The notes under the pieces were generated by a model that saw only the letters and a list, made by a program, of their open reading frames with translations, was not told where the DNA came from and searched no databases. A stretch of 55,749 nt of DNA, taken from a virus (lineage: Duplodnaviria; Caudoviricetes). The stretch is from IMG/VR virus record IMGVR_UViG_3300033076_001223, positions 1 through 55,749 of that record; one strand, given 5' to 3'. Positions 38,402 to 47,796 of the stretch are shown in pieces; position 1 is the first letter of the stretch, and the number at the start of each line of letters is the position of its first letter. A program made the translations under genes and the position numbers.

Positions 38402-40489
38402 ATGGCCGGTAAAAACGAGCCCCTCTTCAAAGCGCCAAAACTGGTGCCAGAAGGCCCGAAGCCCCTGAGCGAAGGAGATCTTTGGGCTGGTCGGGCTCGC
38501 GCGGTTGGCCAAGGCTTGTTTTCGCTCGGAGACGAGGCGGAGGCTGCTTTGCGCGCCGCCGCAGGCGAAAACTATAGCACGGTGCTCGAAGACATTCGGC
38601 GTAAATACGCTCGTTACAAGGAAGAAGAACCCGGCATCTCAACAGGCATAGAACTGGGCACAGGATTGGCCAGCTCGCTTATACCTGTTGCCGGAATAGC
38701 CGGACGCATACCCATGGCGGTTCGCGCGATGAAGACCGCCGCGCCGCTTGCCAGCCGTGTGCGCGCAGCTTTGCCCGCGATTGCTCCGGTTGTGGGCCAA
38801 GGAGCGCTTGCCGGCGGCATTTCTGGTTTTGGTGCCGGTGAAGGCGGGTTAGAAAACCGTCTTGCTACTGGCGCCGTAGGCGCGGGTTTGGGCGGCGCTT
38901 TAGGCGCGGCTATTCCAGCGGCGGGGGCCACAGGACGCTACGCGGCCGACGTGTATCGGGCAGCTAGGGGCCGAGTTTCGCCTGAGCGCGCGTTAGAACA
39001 AGCCCAAGGAATAGTTTCTCGCGCGGCCGAGCGGGGGCAAGCCACGCCGCGCCAGCTTTACGCTCGCGCCTTGCGGGACGAAGAACTGGGCACGCCTGCG
39101 GTAATGGCGCAGCTTAACCCTGAACTTATGTCGCTTGCTGAAACTGTGGCGCAGCGCCCCAGCGCGGGACGCCGCGAGCTTGTCGAAGAAATCGCAGGGC
39201 AGCAGGTAAGCGCGCCTGAAAAATATAAAGCCGCCATTCAGAAAGCCATTCCGTCGCCAGATTATTTTGCTCGGCAAGAACAGGTTATGACGGGTCTGCG
39301 CGCGCGGGCTAATAATCTGTACGAAAAAGCATACGAGCAGGGCGATGTTCGTGATCCCGCGTTGTTGGGTTTGCTTGACAATCCCGACGTGCAAAAAGCC
39401 TTTCAGGATGCGTCGCTGAACTCCGAACGTCTCGCCGCCGCAGCAAAAGCCCGGGGCGAAGATGCCAGCAAGTACGCCCTGAAACCTATTTACGATCCAA
39501 TCTTGGATGTTCAGGGCAATTTGGTAGGAGCAAAAAAGACTGGCGAAGCGCCCGATGTGCGCACGTTGGATTTTGTAAAGCAGGCGTTAGATAGGCGCAT
39601 ATCGTCTTTGTACGCCGGAGGCCAAGGGGGCGAAGCAACCGCGCTCAAGGAAATGCGCGACGCCATGGTCGAACGCTTGGACGATATTGCGCCCGATTAC
39701 AAAACAGCCCGCAAGGCTTATGCGGGCGATATTGAGGTGGCGAACGCACTGGAGCTGGGCCGGAAGGAATTGCCGAACATACGCTGGCAGGAAGTGAAAC
39801 AGCTTTGGTCTGGTAAAAAAGCTCTGTCTTCCGGCGAGAAAGAAGCCGCCAAGACCGGGTTGCTTCAGCATCTGTTGGAACCTGCAGAGGACGCCGCTGG
39901 CAACCGTAACTTTGCGCAACGCGTTATAGGCTCCGAAGATTGGCGCAATAAGCTACAGATTATTCTGGAGCCGAAAGAATATCGCGTCCTCGACAAAGCC
40001 TTGCGTCGCCAGAGCGAGCTTTTTACAGGCCGCTCGCAACTTCTTGGTGGTTCAGCCACTGCCAGACGCGTGGCCAGTAAAGAAGATCTGGACGCAGCCA
40101 TATCGGCCGGTGACGTAAACACAATCGCAGACGTCATAAGCCGCGGCCGTAACGGCTTGCTTGGAGCTGGTATAGCCGCGTTGGATTACGCAAAACGCGC
40201 AAACGTCTCAGATGCGGTTTATACACAAGTGGCCCGGATACTTAAAACCAAAGGCCCCGCAGAAATAGCGCAGACGCTTCGTGGTCTGCGCGATGCTGCC
40301 GCACGCCGCGCTGCCGAGACACAAAAGCGTGTAGGAAAACAACAAAAGATCGCGGGAGGAGCCGCTGCTGCTATCGGACCGGCACCGGGTGAAGGTGTGG
40401 ACACAGCGGCGCCTGAACAGCCTTTTGTGCTTCGCGTGCCAACCTTCGAAGAAGAACCCACACTCACTCCCGGCCCGGATCTGCAGTAA
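38402..40489 (+). CDS. Large ejection / DNA-transfer protein
   Basis: A.GQGL...DEAEA, G/A-rich TM-like segment, LY.KAY, Y..AR..YAG, GGS.TARR. Confidence 0.75.
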   Translation: MAGKNEPLFKAPKLVPEGPKPLSEGDLWAGRARAVGQGLFSLGDEAEAALRAAAGENYSTVLEDIRRKYARYKEEEPGISTGIELGTGLASSLIPVAGIAGRIPMAVRAMKTAAPLASRVRAALPAIAPVVGQGALAGGISGFGAGEGGLENRLATGAVGAGLGGALGAAIPAAGATGRYAADVYRAARGRVSPERALEQAQGIVSRAAERGQATPRQLYARALRDEELGTPAVMAQLNPELMSLAETVAQRPSAGRRELVEEIAGQQVSAPEKYKAAIQKAIPSPDYFARQEQVMTGLRARANNLYEKAYEQGDVRDPALLGLLDNPDVQKAFQDASLNSERLAAAAKARGEDASKYALKPIYDPILDVQGNLVGAKKTGEAPDVRTLDFVKQALDRRISSLYAGGQGGEATALKEMRDAMVERLDDIAPDYKTARKAYAGDIEVANALELGRKELPNIRWQEVKQLWSGKKALSSGEKEAAKTGLLQHLLEPAEDAAGNRNFAQRVIGSEDWRNKLQIILEPKEYRVLDKALRRQSELFTGRSQLLGGSATARRVASKEDLDAAISAGDVNTIADVISRGRNGLLGAGIAALDYAKRANVSDAVYTQVARILKTKGPAEIAQTLRGLRDAAARRAAETQKRVGKQQKIAGGAAAAIGPAPGEGVDTAAPEQPFVLRVPTFEEEPTLTPGPDLQ

Positions 40490-40887
40490 TGGCCCACACT
40501 GACGAAGCGAAGTGGAAGCGTATTGTCGCCAGCGTCAAGGCTGGCGACAAGGGCGGCAAGCCGGGGCAGTGGTCGGCCCGTAAGGCCCAGCTCGCCACGC
40601 AGCGCTATCAGAAGTCGGGCGGCGGCTATACGGGGCCGAAGACCGAGGCGCAGAAGTCTCTGTCGCGCTGGACACGCGAGGATTGGGGCACCAAGTCCGG
40701 CAAGCCCTCGGTGCAGGGGCCCGAGGCCACCGGCGAGAGGTATCTGCCCAAGGCGGCGCGCCAAGCCTTGAGCGCCAAGGAGTACGCCGCCACGACCCGC
40801 GCCAAGCGCGAGGGCATGGCCAAGGGCAAGCAGTTTGTGCCGCAGCCGCGCTTTGCGGCGAAGAAGACCGCCAAATACAGGGGCTGA
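40489..40887 (+). CDS. Basic DUF5872-like protein
   Basis: GG..GQWSARKAQ....Y...GGGY, L..WT.EDW.T, RYLP. Confidence 0.8.
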   Translation: MAHTDEAKWKRIVASVKAGDKGGKPGQWSARKAQLATQRYQKSGGGYTGPKTEAQKSLSRWTREDWGTKSGKPSVQGPEATGERYLPKAARQALSAKEYAATTRAKREGMAKGKQFVPQPRFAAKKTAKYRG

Positions 40888-40891
40888 TGAG

Positions 40892-43039
40892 ATGGCCGAC
40901 GCATACGCTTACGAACCCACCCTCCGCGATGAGCTGGCCGCGCTTCTGCTCAAGAACGCCCCGCGTCACGGCATGCGCGAGCGCTTGGTGCGCGGCATCA
41001 TAGGATCTGGCGGCGCAGGCAACACGGGCGGCGCGCTGCCGCTCGTAGACTTCACGCCGCTGGGCATTCCTTTGGCGGCTCAGGAAGCAGGCCGAGAGAT
41101 CGGTCGCGGCGCGAAAAACAAGAACGCCTTGGAGGCGGCGGGAGGTCTGACTGCCGCCGCGCTGACCATGTTGCCGGGCGGTAAGGCGGCCGCGAAGGGC
41201 GCCAAGGCCGCGGAGAAGAAACTCGCGGAAAAAACAGCCAAAAAAGTTCGAGGCATCGTCAATACGCCGGATCTTCGTACCGTCTCGCCGGATCTCGCCG
41301 TGAAGATCGCGCGCGAGGAGCCTCACATCATGCGCGACGCTTCCGGCCAAGTTATCGGCGCTCCTAGAGGCGTAAAAAGTGCATCGGACATAGAGGCCAT
41401 GCGCGCCGCCTTCGATAGAGATGTCGAGGCGGGCGCTCCGGGCGGCGACTGGTACACCCGCGCGCGTGCCACCAATCGAGAATGGGCCGGATCCGATCCG
41501 GCGAGGCAGAGACTGCTGGCGCAAGAAGAAGCCCTGTGGTCGGCGCAAGCAAGCCCCGATACTAATCTCAATTTCGCGCTTCAAGGACATAATGCCTACG
41601 AGATGGGCGTTCCTTTGGCAAAAGTGCGCACCGGGGCGCAGGCGTTTACCTATAACAAGGCCCGAGATCTTGGCGTCGAGATACCTCTCGGGAAAAAGAC
41701 GGGCGTCTATGGCCAGCATCTTGACCCGACGATGGAGCACGGAACGACCGGCACGAATGATATTTGGCATGCGCGCGGTTTCGGCTACAAGAACGCTGAT
41801 AATTCTGCGTTCTCGCGTGCTCTAACGCCGCAAGAGCATCGTTTTCTTGATTACGAAACGGTGCTGGCAACTGATAGAGCCAATCAAAACAAGCTCGCCG
41901 GGCGTGGTAATTGGCAAGCTCACGAAGTTCAGGCGGCGCCTTGGGTGGCTGGCAAGGGCCGCGGTTTGGCAAAGCAAAGAAATCTCAGCGAGGCGGAAGG
42001 CATCGCCGAAGCGTCAAAGACGTACCCCGACTACGCCAACAAATACTCGGTATTTGCGACGCATGAACAAACGCCGGGCGTCATGACCGGCCATCTGCCC
42101 GGTTTGGTCGACAGCGACCTCGCTGTTCGTCGCGCTTACGCCGCTGATCCGCGTTCATCGTGGACGGACGCAGAGGGCCGCGACGCGATCTACGACGCGC
42201 TGGGTTTCTATCAACGGCCGACTTTGGAGGCCACGGGCGTTTACACCCCTCCGGGCGGCGTCCTCGAGATCAATCCAGCACGCGTGGCAAGACCTCTCGT
42301 GGGGGTAAAGGCCGGCGGCGCGGGTGTCGACGACGCTTCTAGGCAAGGTCTTACGGCGGCTGAAAGCCTTCGCGCTTATATCGACGCGCAGGGCGCCGGC
42401 GCTTGGCATAAGCCTATCCTTAACGCCAAACCGGGCGCCATGGGCTCTGTGTTCGTACCGAACGAAGGGCCGATGAAGTACGATACGATTTTGGCGCTCA
42501 AGGAACTGGGCCGAAAGCACGGTCTTGGCGACATCATCGACAGTGGGCAAGGTGTGTCGCTTACGAGTTTTGCAGACAACGCGCCCACTGGCGCCCAGAC
42601 GAGGGCCGCGCTCAAGGGCAGCTTGGGCCGCGGCATACGCGATATTTTGCCGTCGGCCGGCGCGCCTTCTCGGACTTTCCTCGACACTGGTTACGCGCCG
42701 ATGTTCGAGGTGGCGACCCGCCCGGGGTCTGGCGAAGTCACGCAAGAACTCTTGCGCACTTTTGAAGCTCTCCCCGCGCGCGCTCGCAAAAACCTTCAAG
42801 AAAGTTTGGCCGTTCGCGCCAAAGCGAGAGGCAACCTAGAGCGCGACGCAGAACTTGCGGTGAAGCTGAAACAGCCCGTGCGCGAAGACATACAACGCGC
42901 GCGAAAGCTGCTCGCCGAGGGCGGCATAGAAGCGTTGAAAGCCGCAGTGAAGCGCGGAGAAGTTTTGCCCGCTACTGCTGGGGCTCTTCTGGGCGGGAAG
43001 GCTTTGGCGGAACGTCAGCCTTCGGATCAGGGCGCGTAA
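40892..43039 (+). CDS. Large probably ejected protein with DNA-glycosylase-like (HhH-GPD/DUF7178-like) domain
   Basis: N-terminal virion-type targeting region, then DWY...A.WSAQ.SP..N...K...Y...T.D.WHAR...QA..W. Confidence 0.6.
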   Translation: MADAYAYEPTLRDELAALLLKNAPRHGMRERLVRGIIGSGGAGNTGGALPLVDFTPLGIPLAAQEAGREIGRGAKNKNALEAAGGLTAAALTMLPGGKAAAKGAKAAEKKLAEKTAKKVRGIVNTPDLRTVSPDLAVKIAREEPHIMRDASGQVIGAPRGVKSASDIEAMRAAFDRDVEAGAPGGDWYTRARATNREWAGSDPARQRLLAQEEALWSAQASPDTNLNFALQGHNAYEMGVPLAKVRTGAQAFTYNKARDLGVEIPLGKKTGVYGQHLDPTMEHGTTGTNDIWHARGFGYKNADNSAFSRALTPQEHRFLDYETVLATDRANQNKLAGRGNWQAHEVQAAPWVAGKGRGLAKQRNLSEAEGIAEASKTYPDYANKYSVFATHEQTPGVMTGHLPGLVDSDLAVRRAYAADPRSSWTDAEGRDAIYDALGFYQRPTLEATGVYTPPGGVLEINPARVARPLVGVKAGGAGVDDASRQGLTAAESLRAYIDAQGAGAWHKPILNAKPGAMGSVFVPNEGPMKYDTILALKELGRKHGLGDIIDSGQGVSLTSFADNAPTGAQTRAALKGSLGRGIRDILPSAGAPSRTFLDTGYAPMFEVATRPGSGEVTQELLRTFEALPARARKNLQESLAVRAKARGNLERDAELAVKLKQPVREDIQRARKLLAEGGIEALKAAVKRGEVLPATAGALLGGKALAERQPSDQGA

Positions 43040-43145
43040 ACGCGGCCACGCCGTCCATGCGCTTGTACAAATCTGCCTGCTCAACCTCTGAATAGGGCGG
43101 CTCGTTAAAAAGCACGTTGCCGTGCTTGTCGCGAACGGCGACCAT
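42972..43145 (-). CDS. Unannotated 57-aa protein overlapping the 3' end of the previous gene
   Basis: TAAGGAG RBS; MVAVRDKHGNVLFNEPPYSEVEQADLYKRMDG...; last gene of the replication operon. Confidence 0.65.
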   Translation of the reverse strand: MVAVRDKHGNVLFNEPPYSEVEQADLYKRMDGVAAFTRPDPKADVPPKPSRPEEPQQ

Positions 43146-43175
43146 GGGCTTGTCTCCTTATGACCAGCCGACAAG

Positions 43176-44564
43176 CTATTCGCTTTTCCGCTCTTGTGCA
43201 ACCCCTTGCTTGCGCTTCATAGCCTCGACCAGCACCTCCTGCACCGTCTTCTTCGACTGCAGGCGCTCCAGCACCATGCTGTCAACGGTCTGGCGCGCCA
43301 TGATGTAGTGCACGAAAACCGGCCGGTTGTGGCCCGCCTGCTTCTGGCGCAGGGGACCGATGCGCTCGATGATCTGCATGTGCTCCTCGAGGTTCCAGTT
43401 CAGGCTGAAGAACACTAGAATGTTGCCGCCGTCGGCAAGATTGAGGCCATGGCCGGCACTGGCGGGATGGGCCAGCAGGATGGGGATCTCGCCCCGGTTC
43501 CAGCGGGCGATCGTCGCCGGGTCTTTGTCCAGCACCTGCGCCTTGGGAAAAGCCTTGCGCAGGCGCTGCAGGTCGCTCTTGAAGTGGTAGGCCACCAGCA
43601 CCGGGGCACCCGCCGCCTCCTCTATGACGCTCTCCAGCGCCTCCAGCTTGGCGTCGTGGACGCCAGCCCAGTTCCCCTGATCGTCGGTATAAACGGCCCC
43701 GTTGGCGAGCTGCAGACATTTCAGGGTCTTGGCCGCGGCGTTCAGGGCCTCGACGCCGTGCTCCTCGATCTGGGCGAACATCTCCTTTTCCATGTCCCGA
43801 TAGAGCTTGCGCGCCGCCGGCGGCAGGTCGACCCGGATCTGGTTGTGAACCGGCTCGTCCACCGGCAGGGCGTTCACGGTCAGGCAGATGTCCTTCAGGC
43901 GCCCCTCGATGTCGGCCTGCGCCGTGGGCAACGGCTTGAGGCTGTAGCCGTCGTAACCCTTGGAGAACCAACGATCGCTGAAGGCGCTGTAGGTGCGCCC
44001 CAGCCGCTTGCCCTGATCAAGGAACCACGTCTGGCCCCAGAGATCTTGCAGGCCGTTGGGGCTGGGCGTGCCCGTCAGGCCGATGAAGCGCTGCACCTTG
44101 GTGTGGGCCACCTTGCCGAGAGCCCCGGCGCGCTTGCTGCCCTGCCGGATCCTGAAGCTCTTCAGGCGCGTGAACTCATCGGCAATGACGGTCTTGAAGG
44201 GCCACGCCTCGCCCAACTCCCCCACCAGCCACTGCAAATTGTCGTAGTTGCAGGCGTAAATATCGGCTGGGGAACGAATAGCAGACTGCCGTTCTTTCGC
44301 GCTGCCGGTGATGACGCTGACGCGCAGGTGGGCGAGGTGCTCCCACTTCGCGACCTCCTCGGGCCACGTCGTCTTGGCCACGCGCAGGGGCGCCAGCACC
44401 AGCACCGGGAAGACGTCCTCGACGAGGCTCAGGTTGTTGAGCGCCGTGAGCGTGCTGACGGTCTTGCCGCCGCCCATGGGCATCCAGAGCGCCGCGCGCG
44501 GCGTGCTGTAGAGATGCTCGATCGCCTCGTGCTGATAGGGGTGAGGCTCGAAGGTGCGGCTCAT
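43176..44564 (-). CDS. SNF2-family helicase
   Basis: MGGGKT, DE, GLTGTP, SAGHGLNL, Q..ERI...RQ. Confidence 0.93.
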   Translation of the reverse strand: MSRTFEPHPYQHEAIEHLYSTPRAALWMPMGGGKTVSTLTALNNLSLVEDVFPVLVLAPLRVAKTTWPEEVAKWEHLAHLRVSVITGSAKERQSAIRSPADIYACNYDNLQWLVGELGEAWPFKTVIADEFTRLKSFRIRQGSKRAGALGKVAHTKVQRFIGLTGTPSPNGLQDLWGQTWFLDQGKRLGRTYSAFSDRWFSKGYDGYSLKPLPTAQADIEGRLKDICLTVNALPVDEPVHNQIRVDLPPAARKLYRDMEKEMFAQIEEHGVEALNAAAKTLKCLQLANGAVYTDDQGNWAGVHDAKLEALESVIEEAAGAPVLVAYHFKSDLQRLRKAFPKAQVLDKDPATIARWNRGEIPILLAHPASAGHGLNLADGGNILVFFSLNWNLEEHMQIIERIGPLRQKQAGHNRPVFVHYIMARQTVDSMVLERLQSKKTVQEVLVEAMKRKQGVAQERKSE

Positions 44565-44863
44565 ACTTCAGCCATGAACCTGTCTACAGCGCCGGTGCTA
44601 TCTACCACCCAGACCTCAAAACCATCGGCGCGCAAGCGATTGTGCTCGCGCTCTTGCTGCTTGGTGGGTTTCTTTCCCGGGGCCTTCACTTCTACAAACA
44701 CGATGTGCGGCGCCAGCACGCCAAAAAGACCTTCTTCCAGAGGCCACCACACCAAACGATCAGGCGCGCCGCGCGTGCCGATCCACTTCAGCTTGCGTAT
44801 GCGCCCGCCGGACGCCAGCACGCATTTCTTGAGATAGGCTTCGATCTTGCCTTCGGGGGTCAT
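44561..44863 (-). CDS. VRR-NUC nuclease
   Basis: E..IE, G.PDR, FVEVKAPG..P...Q. Confidence 0.9.
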   Translation of the reverse strand: MTPEGKIEAYLKKCVLASGGRIRKLKWIGTRGAPDRLVWWPLEEGLFGVLAPHIVFVEVKAPGKKPTKQQEREHNRLRADGFEVWVVDSTGAVDRFMAEV

Positions 44864-44865
44864 CG

Positions 44866-46812
44866 TCACTCCTTGCGATATCGGCTGCACTCGAAGCCCG
44901 CAGCGGCCAGTGGCAGGCCCAGCGACCAGCCGGGGCCCTTGGCCATCAGTGCCGACAGGCCCTCTGCGGAGTATGCAGGGTCGTCGGGCGTTTCGGTGAT
45001 CAGCTCGTCGTGAACGTGCAGGCAGACTTCATAGCCCGCCCTGTCGGCCAGCATCATGCCGTGCGCCAGCACGTCACGCGCCGTGGCCTGCACGATGTTC
45101 TCGACGAGCTTGCCGCCGTAGGTCTCGAGCGTCTCCCACTTGCGCGTGTACTGGTTCACGCCGGAGTAGGTGATCTTGTCCTCCTCGTTCTCGCGCGCGT
45201 CGGGATAGCACAGGTAACGCTCTGACGGCAGGCGGATGCGCAGCCAGCCATCCTCCACGTCGATCATCAGATCGCGCACCTTGCGCTTGGCATCGGGTTC
45301 GCGCAGTACCTGCCGCACGGCGTACTCGACGTCGTACCAAAAGGACACGATGCGTGGGTGCGCCTTGCGCCACGCTTTGACGATCGACGTCACCTCGTCC
45401 TCGGCCTTCTCAATGCCGTACAGGCGCGCCATGCTCTGGAAGGCGCCCACGCTGCCCTGATAGCCCAGCGCCAGTTCCATGATCTTGCCAAGCTGGCGCA
45501 TCATGCCGTCGCCGCTCTTCTTGTTTTCGAGCACCTGCTCCGGCGTGACTTTGAATGATCGGCTGTAGGCAAGCACGTACAGATCGTGGCCCACGCCGCG
45601 GTCAAAGTCCGTGAATGCCTTCGTCTTCCAGTCCTCGCCCGCCAGCCAAGCCAGCACGCGCCCCTCGATATTGCTCAGATCGGCCACGACCAGCTTGCGA
45701 CCGGGCGACGCGATCAGGCAGCCGCGCACGGCGGAGGCGCACAGCTCCATGACGTTGCCGACGACCAGATCCTCGGCGTCGGCCTTCATGGCGGCGATGC
45801 CCAGCTCGATCACCGGCTGCTTGAGCGTAGGACGCGGGAGGTTCTGCGGCTGGAACAGGCGCCCGCCCCAGCGCCCAGTGCGAGCCGCGCCGCAGAACTG
45901 CAGCGTGCCGCGCAGGCGGCCATCGGGCGACGTGGCATTGACCAGCACCTTGTACTTGGCCGGGGACGTGGCGCTGGCCTGCTGGCGAATCTCCAGCAAC
46001 TGTCGCACGGCCGGGTCCAGATCGCCCTTGAGAGCCGCCGTCACCGTGCCCTTGGTCATGTCCTCGGGGATGTAGTCGTACTCGCTGGCCAGATAGGACA
46101 GCAGCTTGTCGCGCTGCGTCAGGGAGGCCACGGCCCCGCCCGTGGCGGCCTTGGCGCGCTCGGCCAGATCGGTGCCGGCCTTCGCCGCAGCGCGCAGGGC
46201 GGCGCGCGCCAAATCCAGATCGACGGCGATGCCGCGGTCATTGATGCGTTGGTCCAGCGCCCAGAGATTGCGCTCGGCGAGAGTGCTATTCCAGCTCGGC
46301 AGGCGCTTGTGCACCTCGCGCATGGCCTCGACGTCTAGGCGGGCGTATTCGACAAATTCCGCCCATTCCTCTGGGTGCGTGTCCTCGTTGGCGCGGCGCA
46401 GCTTCATGTTCTTGGGGCGCGGCTTGGTGAAGAGTTGGATAAGCTTCTTGCCGCGCTTGTCCTTGGCCTTGTCGGTCGGAACGCCAAGAATATCGCAGAG
46501 CTGCCCCAAAGAGCCCGGCAGGCCGTGCGCCAAGGCGCGCACCATGGTGTCGTTTATGCGATTTAAAGGTATGAAGACGTTGTTATGCGCTAATATCGTG
46601 CGGTCAAAAGCACTGTTATGAATTACGACAAAGTCGGCTTCATCTACCAGACTTTGTAGAAAATCGTAGGTAGGATACGACACGTCCTGAACAGGATCTT
46701 CGTTCCACGCCCACGTAGCGAGCAGCACTTCCGCATTTTGCGCGTAGGCGTGCGTGCCGTGCGTGATCGGCACGTCGCTGAACGTCTCAAGGTCGAGATA
46801 CAGGGTGGTCAT
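44866..46812 (-). CDS. polA: DNA polymerase family A (APSE-like, Leu762 type)
   Basis: DLET exo I, HNSAFD, DLSNIEGR motif A, RQLGKIMELALGY motif B, VHDE motif C. Confidence 0.95.
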   Translation of the reverse strand: MTTLYLDLETFSDVPITHGTHAYAQNAEVLLATWAWNEDPVQDVSYPTYDFLQSLVDEADFVVIHNSAFDRTILAHNNVFIPLNRINDTMVRALAHGLPGSLGQLCDILGVPTDKAKDKRGKKLIQLFTKPRPKNMKLRRANEDTHPEEWAEFVEYARLDVEAMREVHKRLPSWNSTLAERNLWALDQRINDRGIAVDLDLARAALRAAAKAGTDLAERAKAATGGAVASLTQRDKLLSYLASEYDYIPEDMTKGTVTAALKGDLDPAVRQLLEIRQQASATSPAKYKVLVNATSPDGRLRGTLQFCGAARTGRWGGRLFQPQNLPRPTLKQPVIELGIAAMKADAEDLVVGNVMELCASAVRGCLIASPGRKLVVADLSNIEGRVLAWLAGEDWKTKAFTDFDRGVGHDLYVLAYSRSFKVTPEQVLENKKSGDGMMRQLGKIMELALGYQGSVGAFQSMARLYGIEKAEDEVTSIVKAWRKAHPRIVSFWYDVEYAVRQVLREPDAKRKVRDLMIDVEDGWLRIRLPSERYLCYPDARENEEDKITYSGVNQYTRKWETLETYGGKLVENIVQATARDVLAHGMMLADRAGYEVCLHVHDELITETPDDPAYSAEGLSALMAKGPGWSLGLPLAAAGFECSRYRKE

Positions 46813-46813
46813 C

Positions 46814-46941
46814 GGTTGTCCCAGTTCTCTCCTCCGGTGAGGCGCCCACCACCAGCCTTACAGGGAAGGTGGGACAACCATTCGGAAGGCAGCAAGCGCC
46901 TCGCCGGAGGAGAGACCCCGGCGGCCGCAAAGCCGCCGGGG
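46814..46941 (-). promoter_or_regulatory. Structured cis-regulatory RNA in the polA leader
   Basis: 10-bp hairpin plus 20-bp stem (46826-45/46896-915) whose loop is complementary to the polA RBS. Confidence 0.7.
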
Positions 46942-46947
46942 CTTAGT

Positions 46948-47205
46948 CTAGATCAAATCAAGGCCGATGGCCTGCGCGTAAAGGTCAAGCATCGCCTGAG
47001 CCTCCTTGCGCTTGTCATCGTCCACGCGGCGCAGGGCGACGATCTTGCGGATCGTCTTGGCGTCGAAGCCGTTGCCTTTGGCCTCCGCGTAAACCTCTTT
47101 AATGTCGGTTGCGAGGTCGGCCTTCTCACCTTCGAGACGCTCGATGCGCTCGACGATGCTGCGAAGCTGATCGCCCGCGACGCTGTTGTGCCCCGCGCCC
47201 GCCAT
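46948..47205 (-). CDS. gapR: GapR (DUF2312/UPF0335) nucleoid-associated protein
   Basis: QLRSIVERIERLE.EK..L..DIKEVYAEAKGNGFD.K..R.IV..R. Confidence 0.93.
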   Translation of the reverse strand: MAGAGHNSVAGDQLRSIVERIERLEGEKADLATDIKEVYAEAKGNGFDAKTIRKIVALRRVDDDKRKEAQAMLDLYAQAIGLDLI

Positions 47206-47771
47206 TAGACCAGATCCTCTTCGGCGCTGGCCAGATCGGCGAAGGCGCTGTCGGTGGCCACGCTAGAGCCGCCGAAGTTCTCGCCGTCGTTCGCGAACAT
47301 CACGCCCTGCAGCGTGCAGTTGATGCGCCGGCCCCACTTGTTGTCCTGCGCCCAGATGTCGACAAGAGCGTGGACGTAGCAGCCGGAGTAGATCAGGCTC
47401 TTGATGTCACGCGTGTCGTCCAGCTTGACGTTGGCCTTGTTGTAGACCGTCGGACGGCTCTTGGCGTTGCGCGCCGAGAGGTAGTGCATGCCCTCGAAAC
47501 CGGCATACGTCTCGCCGGACTTCTTGTTGCGGTAGGGTGCCTCAACGAAGGCAATCTTCTTGTCCTCGACGAGCATCTTCAGCACCTCGGGCGCCTTGTC
47601 CTTCCACTGCTCCTTGGCAGCGGCGGCGATGGCGTCCTTGATGGTCTTGGCCTGCTCGGACTTCGGCGGGATGATGAACTTGGCCTGATAGGCTGGCTCG
47701 CCATCACCAAAGGCTTCCGGTTCGGCGAGAGCCGGAAACGAGATACGCACGTTCTTGATACGGATTTGCAT
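47205..47771 (-). CDS. ssDNA-binding protein (DUF2815 / Enc34 type)
   Basis: NVRISFP.L, IYSGCYV, L.GV.F..DGE.FGG; acidic tail. Confidence 0.9.
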   Translation of the reverse strand: MQIRIKNVRISFPALAEPEAFGDGEPAYQAKFIIPPKSEQAKTIKDAIAAAAKEQWKDKAPEVLKMLVEDKKIAFVEAPYRNKKSGETYAGFEGMHYLSARNAKSRPTVYNKANVKLDDTRDIKSLIYSGCYVHALVDIWAQDNKWGRRINCTLQGVMFANDGENFGGSSVATDSAFADLASAEEDLV

Positions 47772-47796
47772 TTCGTAGTTCTCCAATTAGCAGTTT

